A program made the translations under genes and the position numbers. A stretch of 64,000 nucleotides of DNA from the human T2T-CHM13v2.0 reference genome, Homo sapiens. Positions 41,580 to 57,192 of this stretch are shown here, piece after piece (position 1 is the first letter of the stretch; every line of letters starts with the position of its first letter). Location: assembly GCF_009914755.1 (NCBI RefSeq), contig NC_060929.1, one strand, 5' to 3'. The notes below the pieces were generated by a model that ran no database searches, was not told the DNA's origin, and was given only the letters and a program-made list of their open reading frames with translations.

Positions 41580-42120
41580 CCTCCCCATTCCATTCCAATA
41601 CCCTACCTTATATCCCCTCCCCTCCCTTCCCCTCCTCTCCCTCCCTCCTTCTTTCCCTCCATCATCCCATCCCATCCCATCCCATCCCTCCATCCATCCC
41701 TCCCTCCCTCCATCCATCCCATCCATCCCTCCATCCATCCCTCCCTCCATCCACTCACCCACTCATCCCTCCATCCCTCCCTCCCTCCATCCCTCCATCC
41801 ATCCCTCCCTCCCTCCATCCATCCATCCCTCCCATCCCATCCCTCCATCCATCCCTTCCTCCATCCCATCCATCCCTCCATCCCTCCCTCCCTCCATCCA
41901 TCCCATCCATCCCTCCATCCCTCCCTCCCTCCCTCCCTCCATCCACTCACCCACCCATCCCTCCATCCATCCCTCCCTCCCTCCATCCATCCATCCCTCC
42001 CTCCCTCCCTCCATCCCTCCCTCCATCCACTCACCCACCCATCCCTCCATCCATCCCTCCCTCCCTCCCTCCCTCCCTCCATCCATCCATCCATCCCATC
42101 CCATCCCATGCCATCCCTCT
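41580..42120. repeat. Complex (CCAT/CCCT/CCCAT)n simple repeat
   Basis: ~540 bp nearly devoid of G on the + strand. Confidence 0.95.
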
Positions 42121-43959
42121 CCTATTCCCAAGGAGCCTGGCCATGAGAGCACCACCATGCCTCAGAGCCCAGGGAACAAGCAAAGCTGCAGGACAAAAAA
42201 GGCAGAGATTAAGGGGGGCGACCTGATCCCTCAAGGATGTGGCTGTGTTCCTCCTCACAGATGGGCCACAAGTCCACAGTCAGTCCCCACAGAGGACAAC
42301 TAAAAACCTTCTTCAAAGCAGCCGCTGGGAACCATGCACCTCCTCTTTCCTTGACAGGTTGTGAAAGGCCAGCTCCCACCTCCCCTTGACACCCCTAGGG
42401 ATGGATCCCACTAAGGAGATCCTACTTGCTTGCGAGAATGAGCCCTGGTGGGGTTGGCCACATCCCAGGGCCCTAGCTGGGCCACAGGGCTGGTGGTGTC
42501 ATGCACAGGCTCAACATTCCTGGGCAGCCCCTCTTGATGACCATCTTGTGAGACGAGGGTGGGCACGAGAGCTGGCCCTGCTCCCTCGGGGGGCTGGGAA
42601 GGATCCCCCCCTCTCTCTTTCCACTTAGGAGGCAAGTGGTGTGAATAAGCTCTACTGCTTCTGGAAAGGCCTTCTCCATCTCCGTGTGTCCTCCTCCGCC
42701 ACCTGACATGCTCCAGGCCTCAGCTTGGCTCCATTCCGGGCCCGGGGACCATGGCCATCTCCTGTTGCCCATCTTTCTTGCTCTCTTCTGCCCCAGGTGG
42801 GAGAGGCCTTGCATCTCACCAGAGGGGTAAGTTCCAAGACTTGGGTCTAGGCAGGGTTCACAGGCCGAGCTGCCTTCCTAAGGCTGGCTTTGGTTCAAGG
42901 CCACGTCATCCTAGAACTGGCTTGGGCAAACACACCCTGTGTGGTCCAGCCTGCCCCCTGGACTTGTGTATCAGAGTTTGGGGCCAGTGTCTCAACTGAT
43001 AATAAAGAGCCACTTTACCAGCATCTCCTGTGCAAACATCTTCCTCGGGGACTTGTGGGGAGGCAGGAAGCTGGGCCAAGGCAGGACAGAAGTGGTCCTG
43101 GGTCTCCAAGTCAAATGAGTCCTATTTTACAACTGCAAACCACAAGACGTTCCCAGCGTAGACTTAATGAGGAAAAGCAGAGTGCCGTATTACAATACTC
43201 CCTTTATGGGGGCTTCATCCAATAATGTGCCCTGTGTTTTCATCACCCCTGGCCCAAGTGTTTATGGAGAGATTTGTGTTGAGAATGGAAACCAGTAAAA
43301 TCTTAGCTTATTAATAACTTATGGAATACAAATATATTTCTGTGAGTTTCCACAGCTTGTGAAAATGGTTGCGTGGACTTTCACCAAATTTGGTAGGTAT
43401 GTTCTAGATGGTCTAAGTTGGTGTATGAGGAGTAAGCCCTGGGCAGGCATCAGAGACAGGCAGGGTCCCACCGAGTGGCTGACAATGAGCCACAACAGGG
43501 GCCCTGTAAAGCAGAAAGGGCGGCGGGGTGGCGGGGACCAGAAGACAGTGTGATGAGCCTGGCTGCATAGCCTCCTCTCTTTCTGCTGTTCTACCCTGTC
43601 CAGGCGGTGGCCCACTGTTTCCTCTGTGGCCAAGCCTTAAGGCAGCTGAGCCTCCTGTCACCTGTCACATGGTGCTGATTCTAGCTAATTCTGCAGCTCA
43701 TACTGTATGACCTTAAGTAGTGATCAAATCAAGGGCTTACCCTTGGTTTCTGAGTCACCAGGTAGGGCTGGGCAAGGTAGTGTCCATGGAGATGGAGGCC
43801 AGCAGTGGACCAGCATGGGGTGTCAGAGCCCAAACGGGGTGAGGGGACATCTTTGTGGCTTGGGGTGGTGGTAACCAGAGACTGGCTTTGTATAGAGGAG
43901 ACTGATCCAATGTAAACGTATAGAGGATGATGAGAGACTGCTGGGAAAAAGAGAATTAA

Positions 43960-45430
<1,471 letters not shown>

Positions 45431-45499
45431 GAAAGTTATTAAGTGTCTACTAACAGTTGGGCATCTTAGATCAGAGTTGTGGTTAAAAGCTAGCTTTAC

Positions 45500-45890
45500 A
45501 AAATATGATACATACATACAATGGAATATATTCAGCCTTAAAAGGGAAGGAAATTCTGACACTTGCCACAACACGGATAAACCTTGAGGACATTTTGCTG
45601 AGTGCAGCAAGCCAATCACAAAAGACAAATACTGTATGATTCCACGTTATATGAGGTGCCTCGAGTAGTCGAATTCATAGCAACAGGAAGCACAGCGGTC
45701 ACTGCCAGTGGCTGGAGGGAGAAGGGGATGGGAAGTTACTGTGTAAAGGGTACAGAGTTTTAGATTGGGAAGATAAAAAGTTCTGGAGATGGATGGTGGT
45801 AAATGGTTGCTTAGCAATGTGAGCGTACTTAATACCACTGAACTGTATACATAAAAATAGTTGAGGTAAATTTTGTGATGTGTCTCTTAT
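45500..45890 (+). mobile_element. L1MB 3' end
   Basis: ttcagccttaaaagggaaggaaattctgaca...gttctggagatggatggtggt...ccactgaactgta. Confidence 0.88.
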
Positions 45891-46588
45891 AGTTCTTTTA
45901 AAAATGGGGGGGGAGAGGTGGGGAATAGGCTTTGAAGTGAACCCTGGCTTGGACTCTCAGCTTTAATACTTGTCACTGACAAGCGCTTGTCAGTGGGGAC
46001 GACAGTGCTGTCTCTGTGGTGCATAGCTAGAGCTCCTGCAGGGAGCCCTGGAGTGCAGGGCTGGGGTGGACACACGGCACACACTCATGTTGGGTGAACT
46101 CCTCTTATCATCGCTCATCATGGACTCCATAGCTCAGTAAGGCTGCTGTTGTTTTCCCCAGTGCCCTCCCTTCCTATCTTTAACAACTGCTGGCCACCCA
46201 AAGTCTGGACTTGCTATCCTCAACTCTCTAGGAACTTCCACCAGAGACAGAGGTGAAGTGTGTCCCAGCTAAAGGCATATGTAAAAATTTACAGGCACTG
46301 ATGTCTCTGGAGACAAGGATGGAACTGGTAACAGCTTCTCGGGAGGGTATCTGAGAGACTGGAGGGACACTGATGGGAAACTTCTCGCTGCTAAACCCAT
46401 TTGTACCCTTTGAATGTGTTTCCACTACAAGCTTATCTATTTAAATAAATGGATAGTGTCAACCTAAACAACAGTCTATCGGAAAGAAAATAACATGATT
46501 CAGAACACCGCAATGGGAATATTCATGCCATAGTAAACTATGTGCGTATTAGGGCAGGTAAAGAAAAAGGTTTTTAAAGAAAAAATGA

Positions 46589-47193
<605 letters not shown>

Positions 47194-49314
47194 ATAATCA
47201 AATTGCCAGAGAGACCCCTCCCTTTCCCCTTCTCTCTCACACCCTTCAGCCCACTGCCACCTTGCAGTAGCCCCCAGCTCTCCACTCAAACTGCTCTTGC
47301 CCTTGTTGACAAATTCAACAAATTTCTCCCTTGATCTTCCTGACTGCTCTGTGGCATTTTGACATTTCAAACACTATTTCCCTGAGCTTCACAGAAACCA
47401 GTGAGATATATCCACTATTAGGGGAAGGGCCAACGTCTGTCCTGGCCACTGATGTAGTCCTATGGCCAAGTGCATTGCTTGGCACACTTGTGCCATATAT
47501 TACATATGCCATTACACACACACACACAAAAAATCAAAACAAAACCTCCTGACCAACCTTAACACAAAAGTAGGCTCAACGATAGCACTGGCAAACTCAC
47601 AAAAGACATCTTCATGTGCAAATAGCCAGAAATAAAGGCAGAGGCCATCAGTTTTTAAATAAAGCAATCTTGGTTGTGATATTGTACCACCTTTTTGCAA
47701 AACATTACCGTTGGGGAAATCGGGTAAATATCAATGTTTATACAGTCTATTATTTTTTAAAAACTACATGTGCATCTTCAGTTATTCGCATGTAAAAAGT
47801 TTAATTTTAAATACAGCAGGAAGTACAAACCCGATCTGTCAGCTGAAGAAAACATCTACCAACTGGAGGATCATTAATGGGTAAATCAAACAAATGCTAT
47901 GAGACAATCGGTCGGGACATTTTTTAGTTGCAAGCTGCAAAAATGCAAATAAACCAACATAGAAGGAGTATGTACTGGGCAGCAGTAACTCGGGGCAGGT
48001 CACGCACCTATGAGCCAGTGGCTGTAAGGGAAGAGGTGGAAAGCAGAATGCCAATGGTATGGGTGGTTGACTATATTTGGAAAGATCTTACAAGAAAGAA
48101 ATGAGCCCGCAGACAAGTTTTCCAGTTTATCAGCAGAAATTAAGGGACAGTCCAGATAATTCGAGGACCTATAATGTTGAATAGGACCTATAATGTTGAA
48201 TAAGTAAACTGACTCGGCTCCAAACAACAAGAAACAAATGCAGAGAACAGTGGAATGACAAAGGCCTCAGTGTGATGATTAAGGAGGAGGCACCCAAGCA
48301 AACTTTCCAGCTGGACAAAATGGCTCAGGGGGAAAATAGTCTGGTTTTTTTTTTTTTTTTTTTTTGCACAGAAGCCCCACAGGTTTAAATCTAGACTCAA
48401 AGTTTAAATCTAGAGAGGCATAAGGGTAAGGGAGTGAAGAAATACAGCAGATTTGAGAACTGAGTCACAAAAAAGAACTGAGTGTGGCTTCTGGCCCATG
48501 TTACTGATTGCAATCAATCAGGTAAAATTCCTACTACATTTTTGAAGCTTATTCTGACAAAAATAAAACAAACTCACAAGCCCAGGTTCCAGAAGTGTCT
48601 GTTCAAAACTTAAAATATTCCTTGGGTCTCCAATCGCCTAGAGGATGAGGATTGAGAAGGCTGCACAACCTCCAAGAAATTCTTGAATGTCTCTTTTGGG
48701 TGTGGCCGAAAAGGAGGATGGAAAGGGAGGATAATGGAAATGAAAGAACCTAGCAGAGGGTGAAGCCAGAGGCCACAGAGGACAATGGAATGAGGAGACC
48801 CCTGCTAAAGAATGGAACCCAGTCCTAAACAAGCAACATCTGCCAGCCTAGGTGAAGTGGCCCCACAGTGGCTGCCTACTGGGATTTTGGAATTGCTACG
48901 GGCCAGGAATGGCAAGGTTTCACATTCCTCCCTGTTCTAATGATTCCTGTTGCTTATCAGGTGGGATGTTGGGCAGACAACCCGAGTTTTCTTAGGTCTA
49001 ACAGAGGAGCTGCCTAGTCCCCACTGTAGAGATGTCCTGAACCTTGGGTTGGATGCAGTGACTAGACGGTATTTTGGGATCATCTTCCATGGAGCAGGAT
49101 GAGTATCTCTGTGGGGAAAATACACCATATACTTGGCAGTCAGAAAGGCTAAGATAGACTTCTAGTACTCACCCATACTTGATTCTCCTCTTGTTCTGGG
49201 CACTTCCAAGGGACTATGGAATTTTTTAAAATGACATACTAGTCTTGCCCTTCAGGAGCTGTTAGACACACACACAACTATGAATTAAAATGTTTCCTGA
49301 GCAAACGTGCTTTT

Positions 49315-49450
49315 TAGCGTGCACCAGAATCACCTGGAGGGCTTGCTGGGGCCCTCCACATCTCCGAGTCTGGGGTGGGGGCCACATTTCTAACAAGTCC
49401 AGGGTGATGCTGATACTGCTGGTTGGGGATTATACGTTCAGAACCACTGT
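49315..49450. mobile_element. MER5A fragment
   Basis: cagaatcacctggagggcttg...catttctaacaagtcc...gagaaccactg-like end. Confidence 0.75.
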
Positions 49451-51224
49451 TGCAATGGATCTGTTAGCACTTATTCAGTTCACGGTGCTAGTGAGTGACA
49501 CAGAATGCACAGAAACCTTTACCCTCCACCCACCTGATGAGTAAATAGAGGCTAAAGCAAAATGATGGAAACAGGATAAAACCATTCCTTCAATTTTGCT
49601 ATAGGAGTCACAAACCTCACTAAAGGCCAAAAGTTAAAACAATCAGGACTGGGTTGAGACGAGTTGGCAATACCAATCAAATATCTAAGCTGGTAACTGG
49701 AAACATGCCAGAAACAAGAATCTCCAGCAGCAATCACAGATGCCGTCCGAGACAAAAGAACTGGGCTTCAAAATGATACCCTTCTTCCCACCTTGGCTGA
49801 CCCCCACCGTACACGATGGCGCTCTTAAGACACTCATGACCGCAATCGGCTTGCAAGTGTTGGTAATATTTGTTCATGTATTAACTGTGTTTTACTGGGC
49901 TTTTGCAAACAGCAGTTTTCCCAACTAGAGAGAGGCCTAACTGGCTTGAGGTCAGTGACAGCTAATTTGTTTAGGACTGAATTAAGCAAGGGTGTGTTTA
50001 AGAGGTGGAATTTTGTGGTGGTCTTGTCTTCCTCAGGATCTCAGAACATACACAATTTTTCTAGATTCTATATCACGAACCCAATTAAAACATGAGAACT
50101 CAGTTGAGGATGCAAAGAGGCTTACCTGGTGACCAGTTCCTGAGGAGGAAGAGGCTGGCTTTCTTTCCCCTAAGCCTTCTAGTGCTATTGTCTTGACTCG
50201 CCTTCCTGTGCCAGTCTGAATATGGTTACCCAAACCAATCTAGGCACGTCTTCCCTTTCAGTGTTGCTAAGAGCCAAAAAGTCCACCGTCCATCCCAACA
50301 GTAACGATGTGCCCAATTACTTCTATAATCTCACGTTCTCAAATGAAATAATCTCGAATCTAGGTGAATCTTGGTGGATATAACAGAATGATTTAAAAAA
50401 AAATAGAAACTCTTTGGTATGTGGCACATTTAACATTCTGTGAAAATTCGGGTGTTTCTCATCAACTGGTCCAGCCATCTCTAGTAAAAGCAGCAGCAAG
50501 GTAAGAGAACTGAGATGAACCAAAAACTGTCTGCCAAAAACATATATAAAATGCAGTTAATTGAGCATTTGGGGGCAGAAAGGGTGAAGCCTTCTCTGGG
50601 CTTTTGCCCTTTGTTGCTAGTTGAGGTCAGTGCGGGATAGGCAAGATGTTGGGAGGGTCAACACAAAGTAGTTGTGTGGAGATCTCCCTCCCAGAAGGAT
50701 GCCTCACAGGGAAGGAACTTCCCATTAAAGCTATGTGGTCCTGAAGAGGAGACACTCCAGTTAGTCTGAGCAGCTTTTCTGCAAGCACAGGACTGGTAAT
50801 TCTGGCCACTCCCTGTCTGCCTAGTAGTAGAGAGGAGTGGAGGGTCCATTTTCTGGGGTTAAGAACTTTGTTGACTCCTGCAACTGTAAGGCAGCTTGAA
50901 ATGGAACTGCACCTACCAGGTGGGAACAGACCACACGTCAGATATAACTGGCACCTGCCTTAAACGTGTGGCCAGTTTGCTTTAAAATTAGGGCACATGC
51001 TACCAAGCATCTTGCTGAATATGGCACTGCAGTGCTCATACAGGGGTATTCATGGTAAAGGTGGAAGTGGAGCCTTTGTCTTAACAGGGAACCAACTGAA
51101 TTGGTTAAAATTTCGATCAGATTAGCAGCAATATGCAGTAGTAGACTCAACCAAGAACCACAGACTTAGTTAGACATAATCTTGGATATATTATCCAAGG
51201 CTTATTATACAGAGTATGTTCAGA

Positions 51225-51370
51225 GGCCTGGCAGCATCAGCATCACCTGGCAGCTTGTCAGAAACACTCACTCTTAGGTCCCACCCCAGAACTTCTTAAT
51301 CAGAAATATGCATTTTCCCCTAAATCCCCAGGTGCTACTTCTGCACACACAAGGATGACAAACACTGACA
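51225..51370. mobile_element. MER5A-like fragment
   Basis: cagcatcagcatcacctgg...cccaccccaga...aatcagaaa. Confidence 0.7.
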
Positions 51371-51584
51371 CATACCACGGACTACCTCAACTAAAGACCA
51401 GTGTCAGTAATGGCTCAGGGAGGAGAGAAACAGCCCACTACTAGCTACACCTACTAGTTTCATAGTTCCAAGTTATATGTACCAATCTTCACTGCCAGTA
51501 GATCATGTGTGGTGCACAGAGGCAGAAGACAAAGGTTGCCCTTCACAGACCTGAGGTTTAAGCTTCAGCTGAAGCTTCGGAGTA

Positions 51585-52354
51585 AAAGTATCAAATAATT
51601 TTATTATGAAAGATAAGCCATTTATTGACCATTCACTTTTCTAAAAAAACACAAATGTGAGAATAAAATAAACATACCTAAGACTCACTGGCCCCTCCAG
51701 GACAGGAAGCAGCCCTGGACAGAGAGCCTGCAAACGAGTTTCCTTATGCCTAATGTCTGAACTTCTCATACATTCTAGGATTTCATGTTTCGTTACAAAG
51801 GAAAGGAAACTGGCTAGAAGATTCATGTACAAGAAGGTCACAACTTTAAAGCTATCTGACGCTAATGACTTGTACAATCTGGTTTGCAAACTCTGAGAGA
51901 CAGTATCAAATAAGCACTGTCAAAGACTACTCCCAGCTAATCTTTACTGTCATTTTTCTTTGAAATTGTCTTTGGGACTGGCTATGTTCTCACTGTAGCT
52001 TCCGTTTATCCCACAGCACAAACCCTAAAGTCCATGTGCAGTCTCCACGTTCAAGTATAAAAGTCTGTTTCAGGACAACCCTGGGTTGCTGTAGTGTTTC
52101 TCTCTCTGTAGTGTCTACTTGGTGTCATGCCCTTGGACAGGCTGGCCAAATGGCAGCACAATGCAGGGGGTGACACGGTCAACTCTCCCACTGCCGAACT
52201 TGCTCCCCTTTCAATCTGGTCACTGCCCATGGTCAAGGTTGAAATCTTGAGATCAGTGACGACCTTGGCCTATCTTCAGTCTGAAGTTGCACTCTTATGT
52301 AACCGAATCCATTTCTTCACCAAAAATTAGCTTTCAAAAGGTGTCTGGCGTATT
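51585..52354 (-). other. BOD1: BOD1 terminal (3'-UTR) exon; 3' end approximate
   Basis: Strong acceptor tatctttcctttttag|AATACG at 52354. Matching donor TAAG|gtccag 1 nt after the stop (53300). Two AATAAA signals downstream. A longer UTR cannot be excluded. Confidence 0.8.
51600..51626 (-). terminator. Tandem AATAAA polyadenylation signals of BOD1
   Basis: tttatt on + strand at 51600-51605 and 51621-51626, ~730-750 nt into the terminal exon. Confidence 0.7.
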
Positions 52355-53300
52355 CTAAAAAGGAAAGATAATCATATCAAAATGTTATTTATTGATAACA
52401 GACTATATTCACTTTTATGTTCCTAAAGGAATTTACAATTAAAAAGAAAGACTTAAAATGAATGTTTTACACTCCATATTGGACTCAAGGGCTTCTCTCA
52501 ATAGAGGAACAAAAAGACAGTCCTGATGCTCTTGCGTTGCTCATCACTGACGCTCAAAACGCCCTAGTCAATTCACCTCACTTACTGATTATAACAGGCA
52601 TCTCAGAGAATCTTAAAAAGAACACCAAATCAGAATGAAGGGATAAAACATATCCCAGCAGTCACCAACAACGGCGAAAAGTCCACTGCTAACTTCATCG
52701 CTGCTCCTACTAATGTCTCCCAAAACCTGCAAAAAGCATTCTTTTGTACATCTACAGCTGTTTAAAATTACATTTAATTCCAAATTTAATTTAAAAAGGG
52801 GGAGTGTTCCTAACAGAAGAATCCCATGGTAATTGATAGTGGTAAACAAACTCCTTCTAAATTCATGGAAATCGAGTCGCACTCAAAGCAGACTCTGAAT
52901 CCCATTTAGGATATCACTTCAGAAGGCACTGCTTGATTTTAAATAAAATTGCAAGCCTAAGTTAACTCATGTCCAGGAGAGACTCATTTAAACATTTCAG
53001 CAAAATAAGACTTTCATTTGAATCCCCTTTATGCACACCAATCATCCCAGCTGATTTCTAATGAAGCATCTATCCATAGCTTACATGTTTAGCGCTGGTG
53101 GAACAGAAAATCAGTCACTGACACAGGAAACTGCTACTAATTAGTTCTCAGTAAAAAGTGACTTATAACAGTAGGTGAAGTCCATCTGCAGTAAATACTT
53201 CCTGAATGATCCTCAATTACGGCCTACCCCATTCCTATCCATTTTACATATCTACAAGCCAGAGATGCATACTCCTGGACAGAAGATAGGATACTGGACC

Positions 53301-53496
53301 TTAGGAAGTGTCCTGAGATGGAGCTGGAGGGTCCTGGCCTTCGGGCTCTGGAGGGGGTGCTGGCACAGCTGCTTTTTTCTGGGCCGCCAGGAACTCATGA
53401 ATTGCTCGTTCTATTTGTGGCCTGAAGATGTGGTTAAGTTTTGGATCCACCACCTGAGAAATAATCCTGTCTACTCCAGCTTCCAACATCCCTGAC
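53301..53496 (-). CDS. BOD1: BOD1 coding exon 3 with stop codon
   Basis: Acceptor tctccacaag|G, 196 nt. Encodes (Q)SGMLEAGVDRIISQVVDPKLNHIFRPQIERAIHEFLAAQKK...PSQDTS*. Total 237+125+196=558 nt = 185 aa plus stop. Confidence 0.96.
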
Positions 53497-54791
53497 CTTG
53501 TGGAGACAAACAGATCATTCTGTTATTTAGTTCCTTCGGGATTCATCTTTAGCCCCAATAAGTGTCACGTGCGAGCCCAATAAATGTCCACCTTCAAAGC
53601 TACAGCCCTTCTAGGGAGTTTAGAGGTCAATCCACTTACCATATACAGCTCACGCTATTTTCACTTTTGAGGGGTAATTCTCAACCAGCAGCTGTTATTC
53701 CTACTGCACAATCTCACCCACAATCACCCAACCTTGTACAAAAGAATCAAAAACAAAACTAAGTGAGTTGCTCCAAAACAACAAACAAATGACAGCATGG
53801 TGAGAAAGAGTTTGACACGTGTGGCACTGAAAAGCTTCCTCGTACTGTCAAAGCCAGTAAGCCCCGAATTGGACTCCATTTCCTTCAACATTTATTCTCC
53901 TAATAGCCTAAGCAGAAGTAGCTCCAGCAGCAACCTGTTTACTAATCCTTAAAATTTAAACAAGGCCGATCAGTCAGGGCTGGGAGTATTTACATCACCA
54001 GCAATTCACCATGGCCTTCAGCTGTAGCTGCTACCTGTAACACATAATAAGCAACTTGGAAGCAAACAAGAAATAGACAAACAAATTAGTTCCAAGCTCC
54101 TAGAGGGCTAAATTACATCCCCGATCCTTTCTGAAGTAGAGCAAAAATCAGGGCATATCAATGTCTATATTCAAACACTTGGGACAGGGTACTGGAAATG
54201 ATGGTGAGAGGAAACAAATCATATTTGGACAGTCTGGAAAATAGCCCGTAAGGTTCAAAGTGAAGTGTTCTTCTCAAAGGACTGAAATATTCCAATACCA
54301 TCACAAGCATGTGGGCAGGTTTTACTTATTTTCCCGTAGACTTGAGACTTCAGAGGCCATTTAAGCCTTCGGGTAAAAATAGGCTGGGCAGCAAGTGGGC
54401 AAATGGTCTGTCAGGGTACAGCAAAGGAAAGACATGAGTAAATGTACATCATGACAAAGAAGATAAGAAACAGGCTGTGAACTGGGAAAGATGATTAGTG
54501 TGTAAAGTGCTCCCTGGATTCAATGGTAACTAACAGCTTATCGACAGGAAGCCTAGATGTAAATACACCACCACTAGAGCACTGAAGGGCACATTTTCAG
54601 GTAGACCAGGCATTAGACAGTATCGGCCCTTAGTGATGAGCATCGTTAAATACAGCAAAGTTAGCATCCGGCTATGGGATGCTAACAAAGGAAAGCCACC
54701 TCTCCTCAGTCACAAGCCAATACCTTTCCAACTTTACCAAACCACTTCCTGAGTCGGATTCACAGGGTCCTTTACCAGATGTAAAAGCTTG

Positions 54792-55155
54792 ATATTATCA
54801 ACTAAATGCCTGTGTCCCCCAGACTTCCTATGTTGAAATCTAATCCTTAATGTGATGGCCTTTGGAGGTAGGGCCTTTGGGAGGCGATCGGGTCATGGGG
54901 GCAGAGCCTCCGCGAATGCAATTTATGCCCTTACAAAAGGGACCCCAGGAAGTTAGCGAGCTCTCTTTCCACCACATGAGAAGAACAAGCAGTTGGCAGT
55001 CTGCTGCCTGCAAGAAGGCCTTCCCCTGAACCTGACCATGCTGGCATCTTGGTCTTGGACTTCTAGCCTCCAGAATGGTGAGAAGTAAATTTCCATCGTT
55101 TACAAGCCACCTAGTCTACGGCGCCTTGTTGAAGCATCCCCAACTGACCAAAACC
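54792..55155 (+). mobile_element. MLT1A/MST solo LTR in BOD1 intron 2 (antisense to gene)
   Basis: tatgttgaaatctaatcc...ggcctttgggaggcgat...ggacttctagcctccagaa. Confidence 0.85.
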
Positions 55156-56239
55156 CCTGATCAGGGGAAACAAAGTACCAAGGGAGTGCAGCTCACTTTC
55201 CTGGAGATTCTTAAACTGTTGAGGAAAACATAAAATCTTGTCAGGAGCCCAATGTACAAGATGGAAAAAACAAATATTGTACAGTTACAAGAGTTATTCG
55301 TCATAATTCAGTGCAATAGCACAGGCTAATTTCCTGTTAAACCCTCTAGGCTGTGGCACTGGGTTACAGCATCTGGGCCAGAACAGCCAGGCCAGTGAGC
55401 CAATGCTCTGAAGGCCTGCAGTGTCCACCTGGGGAGAGCACCTGGGGGCAAGCAGAAAGTCTGCGTTTCGAAACTCCAGTAGATTTTGCCTCAAATTCAA
55501 AATGCTAGCAAGAATTGTGGAGAAATGTCCCAGTATTAAAGCCAAGTTCATGTTTTCAGGTTAAACACATTCTAAGTCAAATCAAAAAGCAGGGGAAAAA
55601 AAAACAACAACAACTTCACAGAGGTGGTAAAAACTATGAAGAGAGGAAATGATTAGCATAAAAGTCAGGAATATGGCAAACTTCCGAAAGGAGGAAAGTA
55701 CATCCGGAGCTAGGCTGTTTCGGGGGTGTGAGTCCATTTCTCGATCTGGGTGATCAAGGGATGTTCTAATTATCTGTTTCACTGAACTTCTGTGCACTTT
55801 TCCGTATTACAATTCCTACTAAAGAAATGCAAGAGGAAGCGCCACATGCATACCTCTAGAATGACATCCATGCTCATTACAGAAATCAAAGCAATGTTAA
55901 CAGCCTTCATACAATCATGGCAACTTTCCAAATATTTCAGAATGTTCAGTGTTTTGATTTACTCAAGACAGGGTAAACACAAGTGACTTTAGCTGTGAAA
56001 CAGGCTTTTCATGAGGATGAGTGATATATGTAAAGACCAGTGCCAGACATGTAATAAAGAGTTGCTCAGTAAGGGGCAGCTACTGTCCCCTTCTTTCTGA
56101 AAGAGCCCGGTGCCACCAGTCTGTTCTCTGGAGAAAGGGAAAGGCACTCGGTACTGACTCCAGAATGACAAGGCACTGGGCATCTTCTGCTATCAGGCTT
56201 CTTCCCAGCATTCAGCCATATTGGAAGTACTAGCTTGTT

Positions 56240-56630
56240 AGTAAAACACTTTTAAAAACTTTAGAAATCTTAAAATCGCTGCATATTCACAGGAAGTTGT
56301 GAAGAAGAGTCCAGGGAGTTCCACACGCACCCTTCACCCAGCCAGCTCTAATGTCAGCACCTTGCGTAACTAGTGCAATATCAAAACCAGGAAAATGACA
56401 CTGGTCCAATCCAGACCTTATTTAGACTTCAGTTACACTTGCACTTATTTGTGTGTGTAGCTCCGTGCGACTTTACCATACGAGCTGTTGCACGTGAGCA
56501 CAGCACAATTCAGTGACACTTAACTGCACCATTGCAAGCTCCCCCTTGTGCTACCACTTGCAAGTCACACTCACCCCCTCCTCCCATCCGTAACCCCAGG
56601 CAATCACTAATGTGTTCTCCCATTTCTGTA
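56240..56630 (-). mobile_element. L1M 3' fragment in intron 2
   Basis: attcacaggaagttg...atatcaaaaccaggaaaatgaca...ggcaatcactaat. Confidence 0.7.
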
Positions 56631-57192
56631 CCCTCCTCCACCTCCACTTTTGTGCGTCACTCAGATAAGCTATCAATAGCACCTTTATTAACTAAGGTTC
56701 AGTTTGTTACTGTGAAGTACGATACTTTATTAAGACTATGCCTTCCTGAAAGCTGTCACCATTACACTTTAGAGGTGGCAGTCCTGGTGGACTCAAAGAA
56801 TTTATTTAGTTCACATTCACCTGTGAGAATAAAGATCCAACTCCTCTTGCCCAAGATCCAAACCCTGATATCTTGGTATAAAACTCACATATATGTTTGG
56901 ACAACACTGAAACTTCAAAGAGCAGGGAAAATGTCTCACGATTTGGAATGCCTTTTGATGCACCCAGTAGAGATGCACACAGGAGGCCTTCACAGGCTGC
57001 AGAAACTGGAATTTCAACTGAGTACTTTGCTTCCTTTAACCTTAATTATAACAAAAGAGCAGACTGCTGCAACTCCTAAGTGATACTTGATATAAAGTCC
57101 CATCAACCTTGACTAAACAGAGACCTCAACCTTCTTGTGCATCACACTTGTGATGACTGCCTTTTCAAAAGCTTTAAATTCTGCTTACTTAC

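Noticed and set aside
41508-42258. Several long G/W/M/D/E/R-rich ORFs
   Set aside because: Translations of the (GGAT/GGGA)n repeat, which lacks stops by composition.
56532-57083. 183-aa plus-strand ORF antisense in BOD1 intron 2
   Set aside because: Non-ATG start, begins in an L1 fragment, no recognisable domain or splice support.
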